DNA from: Camelus ferus
Taxonomy: Eukaryota
DNA length: 64,000 nucleotides
Direction of reading: 5' to 3'
Assembly: GCF_009834535.1 (NCBI RefSeq)
Contig: NC_045696.1
Location: 68,946,001 to 69,010,000 of the forward strand
Below are positions 53,309 through 64,000 of this stretch, piece after piece; position 1 is the stretch's first letter, and every line of letters starts with the position of its first letter. The translations under genes and the position numbers were made by a program. Below the pieces are notes generated by a model. It ran no database searches and had not been told where the DNA came from. It saw only the letters and a program-made list of their open reading frames with translations.

Positions 53309-53420
53309 TCGCAGCATTCTCGGCCGCCGAAAGCGGCTGCTCCGCCCGCTCCGCGCCCCAGCCGTCAGGCAGCGGGTTCCCTTTGTTAGCTCCAGGCAGT
53401 GCCCCAGGCGTCTTCCTCAG
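53309..53420 (-). other. Putative first exon of an unidentified minus-strand gene with a very long first intron (5' boundary uncertain)
   Basis: Minus strand reads ...ggccgagaATGCTGCGA|GTGAGTagg, a consensus donor at 53308-53303 inside the CpG island core. No coding exon is recognisable in the 53 kb downstream. The architecture resembles my unverified recollection of the PHC2 distal promoter, but this sequence cannot confirm that. Confidence 0.6.
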
Positions 53421-53429
53421 CTTGGCCCG

Positions 53430-53530
53430 GCCCAGGACTCCCCTCCCCCGAATGCCTCCAGACTCCGCGTTCGGCAGCGGCCGGGGAGCCCGGGAGCTGG
53501 GAGTCCCACGCGGGAGTCCCTGAACTGAAG
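53430..53530 (+). ncRNA. Putative first exon of a divergent plus-strand transcript (5' boundary uncertain)
   Basis: ccctgaactGAAG|GTGGGT donor at 53531 inside the CpG island, pointing away from the minus-strand donor. Confidence 0.35.
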
Positions 53531-55753
53531 GTGGGTCTGCTGGGGAGGAGCTGGGGACGGGGGACGGGGGGTGGAGGGGACGCGGGAAAGAGGAAAGAAG
53601 AGTGTGGCGGAGGGGCGGGGGAACCTAACCATCTCCGTTATGCAAATAGTCGGGAAGGCTAAGTGGGTCCCCCCCTACAACCCCCTGCCACACGGTGCCC
53701 CAAACCGCCCCAGTCCTCTGGAGGTCGCTAACAAGCGGGCCTCGGGATTAGCGGTGCCTGGTTAGGTGGTGCACCTAACCCCCGCGTGATGCTGGGATCC
53801 TGCTCCCCACCCCCCAGGAGAGCTGGCCGAGGGGCAAGAGGGAGGGGCAAAGCAGTGGAGCAAGGGTCCTCAAATGCTGGCTCCACCTAAGCCGCACAGG
53901 TCCCGGAGGGTTGAATCCAGCACTCTCCGGCTTTTCATCCTAGCGAGCGGAGACTATAAATCCTGCCTCTGCTACTGACTGGCTGTGTGACCATGAGCAA
54001 GTAGCTTAACCTCTCTGAAGCCCCGAATTCTCGTGTAGAATATGAAACCAAAAAAAAAAAAAAAAAAAAAAAATCTATTTCACAGGGTATGGTAAGAACC
54101 TCCCAAAGTTGGGCGTGCTCAAAAACCGCAGATACAAAAGGGAAGGAGGGTCGGAGAGTCCCTACCGATGGAGATTTCCAGAGCAAGCAGTCTGCAGGTT
54201 GGTGGGTGGGAGGTCTCAAGTAGGGTGGTAAAGGGAGCGAGGTTGCTTCCTTCACTGGGGCCGATCTGAGGCTCCCAGGAAAAGGTGAGAGGAAGCCACT
54301 TTTTGAGCAAGAGCCCTCGCCCACACTGACCATTGCTGGTGGCCCCAGAACCACTTTCCTAAGACAGAAAACCGCCCTGTAGTAGGGCCAGAAGCTGCCT
54401 TGGTCACCATTGCAGTCCTCCTTAGAGAGTATATGATTACCAGAGACAATAATCATCTCCCAAAGGTCTATCGAGGGCCCACTTGGCATCTGGCTCTGTG
54501 GTAGGGGAGGGGAGACAGGGAGAGTGGAAAGTAGTCTGAGTCCCCTGGGAACACAAAGTTCTGTACACACTGGAGTGCTCCAAACCCAGGACCAGGGCTT
54601 TCTTTCCAAATCGAGGTGGCCTCTCCCCACCACCATCCTGGGAAAGGGGAGGTGGCATTCCTCATCTCATCGCCAACATCCTTCTTCCAAACACTGCTTC
54701 CCCCCGACTCCAAGTCCTGGACCCCTCTTGCTCCCACTGCTGGCCCTTTGCAGCTGCTGAGGATTGAGTAGAAGTGTGTCCCCTCCCCTAAAAGAAATAT
54801 TCAAAACAAATTTTAATTGTGTCCTAATTCAGAGAGTGATGTCTTTATTAATCGAATTTCATGGTTTTTTCTTTCTGAAAGATGTGAGGTGATTTGTTGT
54901 GCAATATAGTCTATTGATTAGGAAATTGCCAGATGGTATTTATTAAATATTTGTACTAGTTTGAAAATAGTCTCTCTAAACCCCTATGAGAACAAGCATT
55001 AAAAAAAAATAAATGAAAGGTTATCTGTTGCATTACAGTTAATATATATGGTACAAAGAAATCTCAGTACAAAGAGCTCCAATTGGAAAGGATGAAAAGC
55101 AGAGTGAATTCACATCTCCATGACCACCTAGCTGTCTGTTCTTGTGTAAGTGCCTCACACTGTAGATCTGGCAAATAGAAGGTGCTCAGAACAGTAAAAT
55201 GTGTGAGTTAACGAGGAGAAGCAGACAGACTCTTACAAGACTGTTTCCGGGAGGGTGCTACACAGACTTTATCCTGAGAAAACTGGAAACTTAAGATCTT
55301 GCGCAGGGGCATGACAGACCTCTTTATGTTTTACACCAATTCCTCTGACAGCGAGCATCCTGGAAAATGGATGACAGGAGCAGAGACCAGTATGGACACT
55401 GACATCAGTGAAAGTACAGCAGGTGCTGTGGCAAGGCCAGAGGGAATGAAAGCAGAATGTCCAAACCAGGGCTACCATCTGGGGAGCAGAAGCACTTTGC
55501 TTACTCTATTGTCTCTCCTCGTCATAAGACAGATGGTCGCCTTTACCCCACTTTATGGATGAGGAATTTGAAGTCACCTAGGAAATGGAAGAGCTAGAAT
55601 TTGAACCCTCTTCTGCATTCATTGAAAGCCTTAATCGTTTCTGTCCTCAGCATCACTTGTGTGTCAACACTACTTAAGAACCGAGAATAAGAAACAGAGG
55701 AGAGGCTTTTCTAGAAGGTGGTCTAGTCCCCACTCCACAGTTCTTTTCCCCAG

Positions 55754-55882
55754 AAGAACTCCAGCCAAATGATGGGAAAGACAACGGACAGGCTCACTCT
55801 GGATTCTTGGCTCACAGGACCAAGGTGACCATGGATGACATTAAGCCCAAGAAGTTCCTGGGGCTCCGAGGCAGATGAGCAG
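55754..55882 (+). ncRNA. Candidate 129-nt internal exon of the divergent transcript
   Basis: Acceptor ccacagttcttttccccAG|a and donor CAG|GTAAGC. All three frames contain a stop when read from the exon start. Confidence 0.35.
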
Positions 55883-56398
55883 GTAAGCAGGGGCACCCCT
55901 GGCCAGTTTCTAGATGGGGAGCAGCTGTGGATTATTCGCTCAAGGTGGCTATGTCTTCAGTTGGGGCCTCCTACCCGAGAAGTCAGAGGCGGGAGGCTGG
56001 ACCACAGTGTGGGGGACCATCCTGTCCTCCCCAGCCTGTTTATGAGCCTCCTTCACCCATTGTCTCTGAGGCCTCTGCCTTGACAGCTGGTTTTCCTTAG
56101 CAGTATGAATACTAACTCCCCCTGCCCTGCGCTGACCTTCAGCCTTTGCCCATGAATAATATTTTAGGTGATGCCTTTCTCACGCATCACTTTAGGCAGT
56201 TTACTGGCTAATACAAATAATGCCCTACTTTTTAATGTTCATTTACAACAATCCACTTGCAAAGAATATTTTCATAGCACTCTTGAAGTGGAGGTTATTA
56301 CAGAATCTGGTGGGAGGAAGAAAAGAGATGCACACAGTTGGAAATGCCCTTCTAAACCATTCATCACCCCGCTGTAGACGCTCACCAAAACCCTTAGA

Positions 56399-56743
56399 TA
56401 CCCTTAATGTGAAACCTTGAAAGAAAGGAAGGAAGGAAACACAAGTGAACTTATTTACAAAACAGAAGCAGACTTACAGACATAGAAAGCAAACGTATGG
56501 TTACCAGGGGGAGGAGAGAGGAGGGATAAATTGGGAGTTTGGGGTTTGCAGGTACTAAATACTATATATAAAATAGATAAATAACAAAGTCCTACTGTGG
56601 AGCACAGAGAACTATTTCAATACCTTGTAATAACATATTGAAAAGAAAATATATATATATATATATATGTAATTGAATGTCTGTGCTGTACACCAGAAAT
56701 GAACACAACCTTGTAAATCGCCTATATTTCAATTAAAAAAAAA
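56399..56743 (+). mobile_element. 5'-truncated cetartiodactyl-type L1 3' end
   Basis: gaacttatttacaaaacagaa...gacatagaaagcaaacgtatggttacc...(TA)n...tcaattaaaaa. TSD aaaacccttag / aagacccttag. Confidence 0.9.
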
Positions 56744-58999
56744 GACCCTTAGCCTTCCCAGTTCTTCTCTGCACCTTTCAGCACCTATTGTTCATTATAA
56801 AGGCGCTCAAGGTTAAAGGAACTGCTCTGTGGTCTATCTGCATCCCCTGACTTGGGCCTCAGTGCTGCCAATTTCAAAGATGAAGATACTCAGACACATC
56901 TAAGTCTGTAGAACCCAAGTCAGAAAATAGAAATAGAGTAACAGCATCTCTACTTTAAGCACCAGGGACTGCTCCTGCTGTCCCTACATGGATGGGCCAG
57001 TGGAGCAGGGAATGGGGCCAGGGGAAAGAACACTAGAGGGCAGAGGCTGGACACTAGAGACAGGCCTCGTGAGAGGACCACAGCCACAAGACGAGGAAAC
57101 GGCTGGTACAGCAAGCAGTGGCCTGGTGGCTCTATGACCTCAGAGTGGGGAACGGGCCTGGTGTGATCAGGACAGGGGAGAAATGGACACGTGTGGGCGC
57201 ATGGGTGGTTGGACTGTACATTACCCTGTCAGCTTCTGTCTGGCTCTGTCCTAGAAGATAAAAAGAGAAACCAAGTCTCTATTCTAAATTGCCTATGTTT
57301 TATTTTAGCAAATTATCTCTTGGTTCATAATAATTATAATTGCCATGTACTGACCATTTCCTGTGTGCAAGGCAGTCCCTGTGCATGTTCTCATTTAATC
57401 CTCACTTTAGGAAGGAGTATCTTTCTAGAACCCTAGAGTGCCTAAGTCATCTTGAGCTCCTTCTCCTGTTCCTGCCTTAAGGCCAGTCTTAGCAGGAGAT
57501 TAATGCTTGGGAGCTAAGGGAATGTCTACAAATCTCACTCGAAGAACATTAAAAAGTGAGAGACGTCTTTAAAGAAGTTTTCTTAAGGAGACAAAATGGT
57601 AACCCAAACATCTTGAGGCAAGACTTTCTAGATACTTGCTTACAACACCCCTCTCCCCAAAGTTCTGCTCCTGCCAGTCATCCTCTCCTCCTCAACACCC
57701 CTCGCCCTCCTGTGATGCTCTTCCAGCCCTTACCCCCTTCCCAGGTCCTCCTCTGTAGATGCCACCCTTAATTTTAATGTTAATTAATTTAACCTGTAAT
57801 TAATTTTAATTAGCCTTTCTCAGTGACTCCAAAAGATATAAGAAAGTGGGAAGGAAGCTCCAGAAAGAAAGAGAGGAAGGGAGGGAGGGAGGGAGGAAGG
57901 AAAAATTCACAGGACGATAGACCTTTACTTTTGCAAATGGCTTGCATATGCATTCGCCGACTTGAGCCCTCTTCAGGCTCCCAATGACCTGTGAGGTCGG
58001 TGTGCCTCTTTATTATCCTCATTTACAGATGAAAACTCTGAGGCGCAGAGATAAATGAGATGCTTAAAGCCCACTAGTGAGTGTTGAGCTGTGCCTTGAA
58101 ACCAAGGCCTCTTTCCTTCATACTGCATCTGTCCCCAAGGCTGCAAAAGACTGGCCAAGCCTGTCAAACTATTGGTGACACTTCATAGGCTGCAGCTGCC
58201 CAAACTGTTGCTCTTGCTGCCCTGAGGGCAAAACTCAAAAACTATGCCCAGAAAGCCAGATGCACCGGCAATGGCAGGAAATACAGGAGCAAAGGAACTC
58301 TGAGGACTCAAAGATGCTTGCAATGAATTCCCTCAAAAAGGTCCAGGAAATTGGTTTTTCCCAAGGGACTTGTACCGGAACCAAAGTGGAAGCTGCTTCC
58401 TGTGTGTTTAAGACCTGAGAATGACCTTCAGAATAACCTACAGGAATGATCAGACTTTGCACAAGAGAGCTTGTGGGCCACTGAAATGTCTTTGAAATTA
58501 ACAAGTCGTTTGAGGGTGGGGGGAACAGTGATTGATGCCTATTGGTGATTTGTCCCAAACCTGCCTCTGTACAGCCTCATGTTTTTAAACATCTATTTTT
58601 AATAGTTGCTTTTTTTTTTTCTGATTTTAAAGATAAAATTTGCTCTAGGAAATTTAGAAAAGTCAGACAAGTATAAAGAGGCAAAAGGTGGGGATGGTAG
58701 GGTCGGGGACAGGGCGGAAATTGTCATCCCATCAGCCACAAGCAGAATTAACCTTTTGACCTGTTTTCTCCCAGTTGTTTCCTGTACAATTTTCTTTCCA
58801 TTGAGTTGAGATCATAATGCATATAAGGGATATCCGGCTTTTGTATCCTATTTACAGTAGATCATATGCAGTTCCTATGTAGATCGAACAATAAATGTAT
58901 TCATTCACTTCAGCCCTTACTAGGTGCAAGGCAAACATTCTTAGGCAAGTTATTAGTGGCTTATTGTACTGTTTGTTGGCTGAAAGACAGTTTAGTTTA

Positions 59000-59232
59000 G
59001 TGGCTTGAGAGTACTGACTCTGGAGTCAGGCTGCCTGTTTGAATCCTGACTCTGCTAGCTCCTAACTGTGTGACCTTGGACAAATTAATTAACCTCTCTG
59101 GCTCTGTTACCTTACTTGTAAAATAAGAATAGTAGTATCTACTTCACAAAGTGGTTCTAAAGATTAACGAATTAATTGCATGAAAAATGCTTAGGACAAT
59201 ACATGGTAAGCACAAGGTAAACGATAGCTATT
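59000..59232 (+). mobile_element. MIR SINE (representative; further MIRs near 880, 2050, 8150, 10080, 11440, 13180, 17730, 20700, 22290, 32380, 35650, 38030, 40720, 45490, 53950, 58000, 60000 and 62510)
   Basis: agtggcttgagagtactgactctggagtcaggctgcctgtttgaatcctgactctgc...ctgtgtgaccttggacaaattaattaacctctctg...tgtaaaataagaatagtagtatctac matches the MIR core. Confidence 0.9.
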
Positions 59233-59821
59233 AGCAATATATGAGTGCAGCATGAATTATTCAACCATTCTTCTGCCACTGGACATTAAGGTCATTTTCA
59301 ATTTTTCCACTCTGATAAATAGTCTTGCAATAAACCATTTACTGCATGCATAACAGGAGAAAAAGTGGATTGAAAGTCCATTGTGAAGGGACTTGAATGC
59401 CAAGATAAGGCATGAAGAATTAAGAAAGTCAGGATAAATGATCCAGGAGAAAAATGTTTCTTGGGAAGTAGCATCTGATGAACTTCAAGAGATGATATTT
59501 AATTCTACTTGACGAACATTTATTGAGCCCTGTGGGCCGAGAAAGTGTCTAGACTAGGTCAGGGAACACCCAGACGAATAGAAGACACCAAGATGAAAAA
59601 AGGACAGGTTCCACCCTCAAGGAGCTTTAGTCAGATTTACAAAAATTTCACAATTGTTACCACTGAGAGGATGCTTTCACCACGATATATTTCTACCTAT
59701 CACCCGTGTGGACAGAGGTTCCAGAATGCCTAATTTCAAATGACCAATGCAGCAGAAGGTCCAAGCTCGGTCGGTCCTCCCTCACCTCCTCCTTGGGAAG
59801 GCTTTGATCAAGAATGCCTGC

Positions 59822-59880
59822 TTCATGCGTGCTTAGCATGCACAAGGTCCTGGGTTCAATCTCCAGTACTTCCATTAAAA
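59822..59880 (+). mobile_element. 5'-truncated Vic-1-type SINE
   Basis: gcgtgcttagcatgcacaaggtcctgggttcaatctccagtacttccattaaaa between perfect 12-bp TSDs aagaatgcctgc (59810-59821 and 59881-59892). Confidence 0.9.
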
Positions 59881-60467
59881 AAGAATGCCTGCCCCACAGA
59901 AGGGTGGGACCTTAGGAATGGCGGCCACTGAGCCACTGAGCTCTGCGTATAGTGTCAGCACACTGTAAATGCTCAGAAAATAAAGCTAACGGTTACTGAG
60001 CACTTACCTGCCAGGTGTTACATCAAGCACTTTTCAAATATTGTCATTGAACTCGTGCAGTAACCCTACTAGGGTGATACTATTAATTTTATTATTCATA
60101 TTTTATAGACAAGGAAACTAAGAAGTAAGGAACAACCAGGGTCACACAAACAATAAGTGGTGAAGATGGATTCTGAACAGAGGCATCTAATTCCTGACAG
60201 CAGGCTAGTGGCCAGTGTTAGGTCCTGGTGACTCGGACACCCAAAGGGTTATGCCACTGTTTGTTGTGATTCAGCCACGTTTATTTTATGCATCTCTCCC
60301 CCAAAGACAGCTGATATTCAATGAAAGAAAAGCTACACATCACACAGGGCACCAATCTAGGAATCAACGGACTGAACTCTACTCCCAGTTCTCACGATTT
60401 AGCTTCTAGACCTCAGCCAGCACACTTACCTTTACTATTTTTATGACATGAGGGCAATTGGACTAAA

Positions 60468-60638
60468 TAAGTTGTTTCCAAACTTGGCTGACCTTTGGAA
60501 TCACCTACAGAAATCATTTAAAGTACAAATTCTATTCTCCCCCTAGTGGTGCTGGGGTTGGATCCTGGGTATCTGTAATTGTTAGCACGCTCCCCAGGCA
60601 ATGTTGATGATCAGTAGGATTTGCCGACAAATCACTGG
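60468..60638. mobile_element. MER5-like hAT MITE (another at ~11270-11410)
   Basis: gtttccaaacttggctga...ttggaatcacct...ggggttggatcctgggtatctgta...gctccccaggcaat...aaatcactg. Confidence 0.7.
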
Positions 60639-61376
60639 GTTACTTCTCGGGCTTTTTCTAGGTTGTCCCAGAGAAGCTCCTTCACAGGTAAAAAGCCGCC
60701 AACCATGCCTGAGCATGTAACACTCCACGACCGGTGGAGCCTCAAGCAAGGAACCCTTTGCCAAAGGATTATGAGCTTTAGACTGCTGAGACTTGGTGTA
60801 GCCTCAGCCACTATCTCATTGACCATCATCACCAATAGTTAACTGATCATTACTAGCTGGGCAATAACCTTTCCCAGGTCATATTTCCCCATGGCTAGGG
60901 TAGTTCCTAATGTTCAGATGCCTCCTGGGAACCTCCTTCAATTTTCCAACCCCTCTTTGTATAGGGTTCAGTGCAAAACCTTCAGCAGCTTCCCATGAGA
61001 AACCTAAGTGTAGAGCTGTAGCATTCCCCTACCGGGAGCTGGTGGGGAGATTGGTGATCTGAATTAACCAGTAACTACCTCTGCTAAGGTCTAAGTGTGT
61101 GGGCAATTAATAATCAGTTGGGAACACTGACAAAGTTCAGTGCGGGGAGTAGCCTCTGAATGATGCAGCATTAGCCATCACAGCCTTGGGGGCTGTCATA
61201 AAGCTCTCGACTATCTAGTTCATTAATTAGCAAGCAGGTGGTCAATAAAGCTAATAACAGCCTGCACCTGTCTAACCTAAATGGCTTAGAGCATCACAAG
61301 GCCATGACCTTGAAGGACTCAGAATGACTCCATCCAGAAGGCAACAACGCCAGGGCAGGCCCACCTAGGCAGAAGA

Positions 61377-61403
61377 TGTGTGTGTGTGTGTGTGTTTGTG
61401 TGT
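61377..61403. repeat. (TG)n microsatellite
   Basis: tgtgtgtgtgtgtgtgtgtttgtgtgt. Confidence 0.9.
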
Positions 61404-62897
61404 GAGCATTTGGGGATGGGGAACACAGGCACTTGTATTAAGTACACATTATTGTATTCAAAGTGTTGTATCAGCATTGGCTTGGGATCCCGTCAAATGG
61501 ACTGTAATTCCAGGGAGGCAAGGGACAGCATCTATCATCTCTCTTTGGCAGCTCCTCTGGGAGGCCTTCCTCAAACTTACAGGAAGTATGAATACTAGGA
61601 AGCGCATTTCCTTGCCCAAAAGAGATGCAAAGTCACAAGTCCACATTCAGGAGGGATTTTTATTTGCAGAATCTGGGACTCATCTGGTGGTTGGGTTAGG
61701 AGAAAGGGGCACAGCGCACCTGTTTGATTTTAACCTACCCACTGAAATAGGCGTTTCGCACTTAGAGAACTTCCAAGGCACTTTCCTAATACGTCTTTCA
61801 ATTGATCTCTATTTTACAAATAAATCAACTGAGACCTGGAGACCCAAATGTCCTGCCCAGGAGCACCTAGATAGTAAGTGGCAGGGGCTGGACTACATCC
61901 ACATCTTCTGACTCTGTTGTAAATGCCAGTAAGGGGACACAGGGCAGCCCAGAAAGCATAGAGAGAACCAGAGACTTGAGAAAAAGCAGAAACGGCTGTA
62001 GTCCAGCCTCCCGTAAGGAGGACCCTGGGAGGGATCGGGGCCGCTCATTATCGCCCGCCTTCCCTCAGTGGTCAGGGACCATTAGGCTGGCTTTTCAGCC
62101 TGTCTCTTCAAAGGGCTAAGCAAAACATATAAAGTGATAAATGGAGATTGTAGAGAATGGCCAGAAGCCTGTGGCATGTTGTTATTGTGGTTGGGAAGAA
62201 GGAAGTCCCTCTTTTGAGATAGATTTGTGTGAAGCTAGACCTCTGATAATACATTTCCTTCACCCCAGGGTTTTGGCCAAGAGGGGGAGGTGGCTTTACT
62301 GCTTCTTTTTTTTTCTTTTTTTTTCTTTTTTTCTAACGAGGAGGCTTTACTGCTTCTTGCATCTCAGGAGATAGAAGAGATGGTAGTTCTTACCACTTGA
62401 TTACTGAGGTGAAATAGAGCATGTTAAGATTAGGATCTGGGTATTCCAGAATGATCTGGGAGATAATAGTGACTTCCTCAAATTACTGAATCAGGAACTA
62501 AACCATATGGTAGTAAATCCTCACAAAGACCTGGTGCAGTGTGCACCATTAAATGTATTTGGAAAGGAGATAACAGAGGCTTAAGGAGTTTGAATAATTG
62601 GCCAAAGGCCATGTGTCTCGTAACTGGCAGAGCAGGGAATTGAACCAACACGTATATGACTTCAAAGCCACTCTTTAACCACTATGCTCATCAGTTTTTC
62701 CTTGGAGGCAAAGTGATGTGAGGGTGACCTGACTCATCTCCCCATTATCTTTCCACTAGGACTTGCTTATACCTTTTCATTCCTTCAAAATGCCCCATTC
62801 ATCTCGCTCTGCCTGCATGAACACAATATCTCCTCTAAGGTCTCATTCAATCCTGAGCTTCTCCAGGAAACTTTGAGTCCAAAACGATCTCTTCCTG

Positions 62898-63028
62898 AGG
62901 GGGAGGATATAGCTTAGTGGTAGAGTGGGTGCTGAGGTCCTGGGTTCAATCCCCAGTACCTCCATTTAAAGGAAGAAAGAAAGAAACCTAATTACCTGCC
63001 ACCCCCATCCCACAAAATAAAAAAAAAA
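62898..63028 (+). mobile_element. Vic-1-type SINE (extended tail, internal deletion)
   Basis: ggggaggatatagcttagtggtagagtgggtgct|gaggtcctgggttcaatccccagtacctcca...acctaattacctgcc...A tail. tctcttcct is duplicated on both flanks. Confidence 0.9.
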
Positions 63029-63860
63029 GTCTCTTCCTTCTCTAAAGTCTTATTACACTTGGAGAATTTCCTGAACCATGTTTTTTTTCACTCATTAAAT
63101 GTATAGCTGAATACCCTTTCAAATTAAATGTATTCAGTATTTCGTAGAAACCCTCTTTGTCTTAAAAAAATAAATCCACAGATCAGAACAAATTTTCCTG
63201 TAATGGATTCAGAGAGGTGATCTGAATCAGTTCAGATAGCTTTCTCCTCACTTAGCCATTTCCCAAACTTGGATCCAAGATCACAGGGATAAAGCAGTGG
63301 GGGTCCCTCCTGGCTCCATCCATGGCAGGAAATAGACGTGCTCCTCTTAGCTGACATTTTCCTCTCTGATCCCCTCTGAGGTCTTTAATAAAATTCCAAA
63401 AGGGCCGTGCCTCTGCGGTGTGCCTCTCCACCGTGTTGATGAGGCAGCTCATTCCCTAAATAACTATTAAAACAGTAGCTAACTCCACTGTGGAGGCACT
63501 TCAACAGGCTTTGAGACTGAGCAAAGTAGAGTTTGCTGCCTTTTGCTAGGCAGGTGGCATTTAGAAAGGCCATTAAGCCCTCTGAGCCTATGAAACGTGG
63601 GTCCTTGAAGGATCAGCAATAATGCTGTTATGCCAGGCATCTAATGGGTACTCAAAAGATGGAAGCTATTATAATTATTAGACGTGAACCCAATCAAAAA
63701 ACATGAAAAACCAACACTTTTTTTTAACGTATGGCCAATTTTAAAAACACACACAAATGTTTATGGTCTTATGTAAGAGGCCTCCTCCTCTTCCTTCATT
63801 TTCTTCTTTTTCTTCTTTTAATCCCTTTAAGAAGTAAACATTGTAATTATGATTATCTAC

Positions 63861-64000
63861 TGTTACAGCTTGAATGCTTGAGTCCCCTGCCCAAATTCGT
63901 ATGTTGAAAAAAAGCCTATTAATGCCCAAAGGGATGATATTAGGAGGTCTTGGGGAGGAGGGTGATTAGGTCATGAGGGTACAGTCATCATGAATGGGAT
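63861..64000 (+). mobile_element. MaLR LTR (MLT1A-like), runs off the window end
   Basis: tgttacagcttgaatg...ccaaattcgtatgttgaa...gtgattaggtcatgagggt...catgaatgggat. Confidence 0.85.

Larger units (their letters stand above)
52000..53900. promoter_or_regulatory. CpG island / GC-rich promoter, probably bidirectional
   Basis: Sharp rise in CpG and GC content, densest at 53000-53620 (e.g. cgcgccgcgccgccgccggccgc). Contains GC boxes (gaggggcgggg ~53610) and an octamer ATGCAAAT at 53640-53647. Flanking DNA is CpG-depleted. Confidence 0.9.

Noticed and set aside
52663..54760. Several 100-230 aa ORFs over and near the CpG island
   Set aside because: They are mostly Pro/Ala/Gly/Arg-rich products of stop-poor GC-rich DNA on both strands, or run into a MIR, with no recognisable domains.
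1..64000. A novel multi-gene system, CRISPR array or prokaryote-like operon
   Set aside because: The sequence is mammalian non-coding DNA dominated by known repeat classes. No repeat-spacer array or unexplained long ORF was found.

Overview
Mammalian genomic DNA, almost certainly from a camelid (camel, alpaca or llama): ten copies of the tRNA-Ala-derived Vic-1-type SINE occur alongside cetartiodactyl-type L1 3' ends. I find no recognisable protein-coding exon. The window is mostly non-coding and rich in MIR, L2, L3/CR1, L1, HAL1, MaLR/ERV and hAT/Tigger relics. The main landmark is a CpG island at about 52.0-53.9 kb. It holds two splice donors pointing in opposite directions (minus strand at 53308, plus strand at 53531). 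This suggests a minus-strand gene whose first intron(s) cover at least 53 kb to the window start, plus a possible divergent spliced transcript with a candidate second exon at 55754-55882. The only protein homology I recognise is retrotransposon-derived: a decayed L1 ORF1 at 47682-48504 in a rearranged, 5'-intact L1. I see no evidence of a novel biological system; the findings are modest regulatory and retrotransposon observations. Repeat family names come from visual recall of consensus sequences, so subfamilies and boundaries are approximate.
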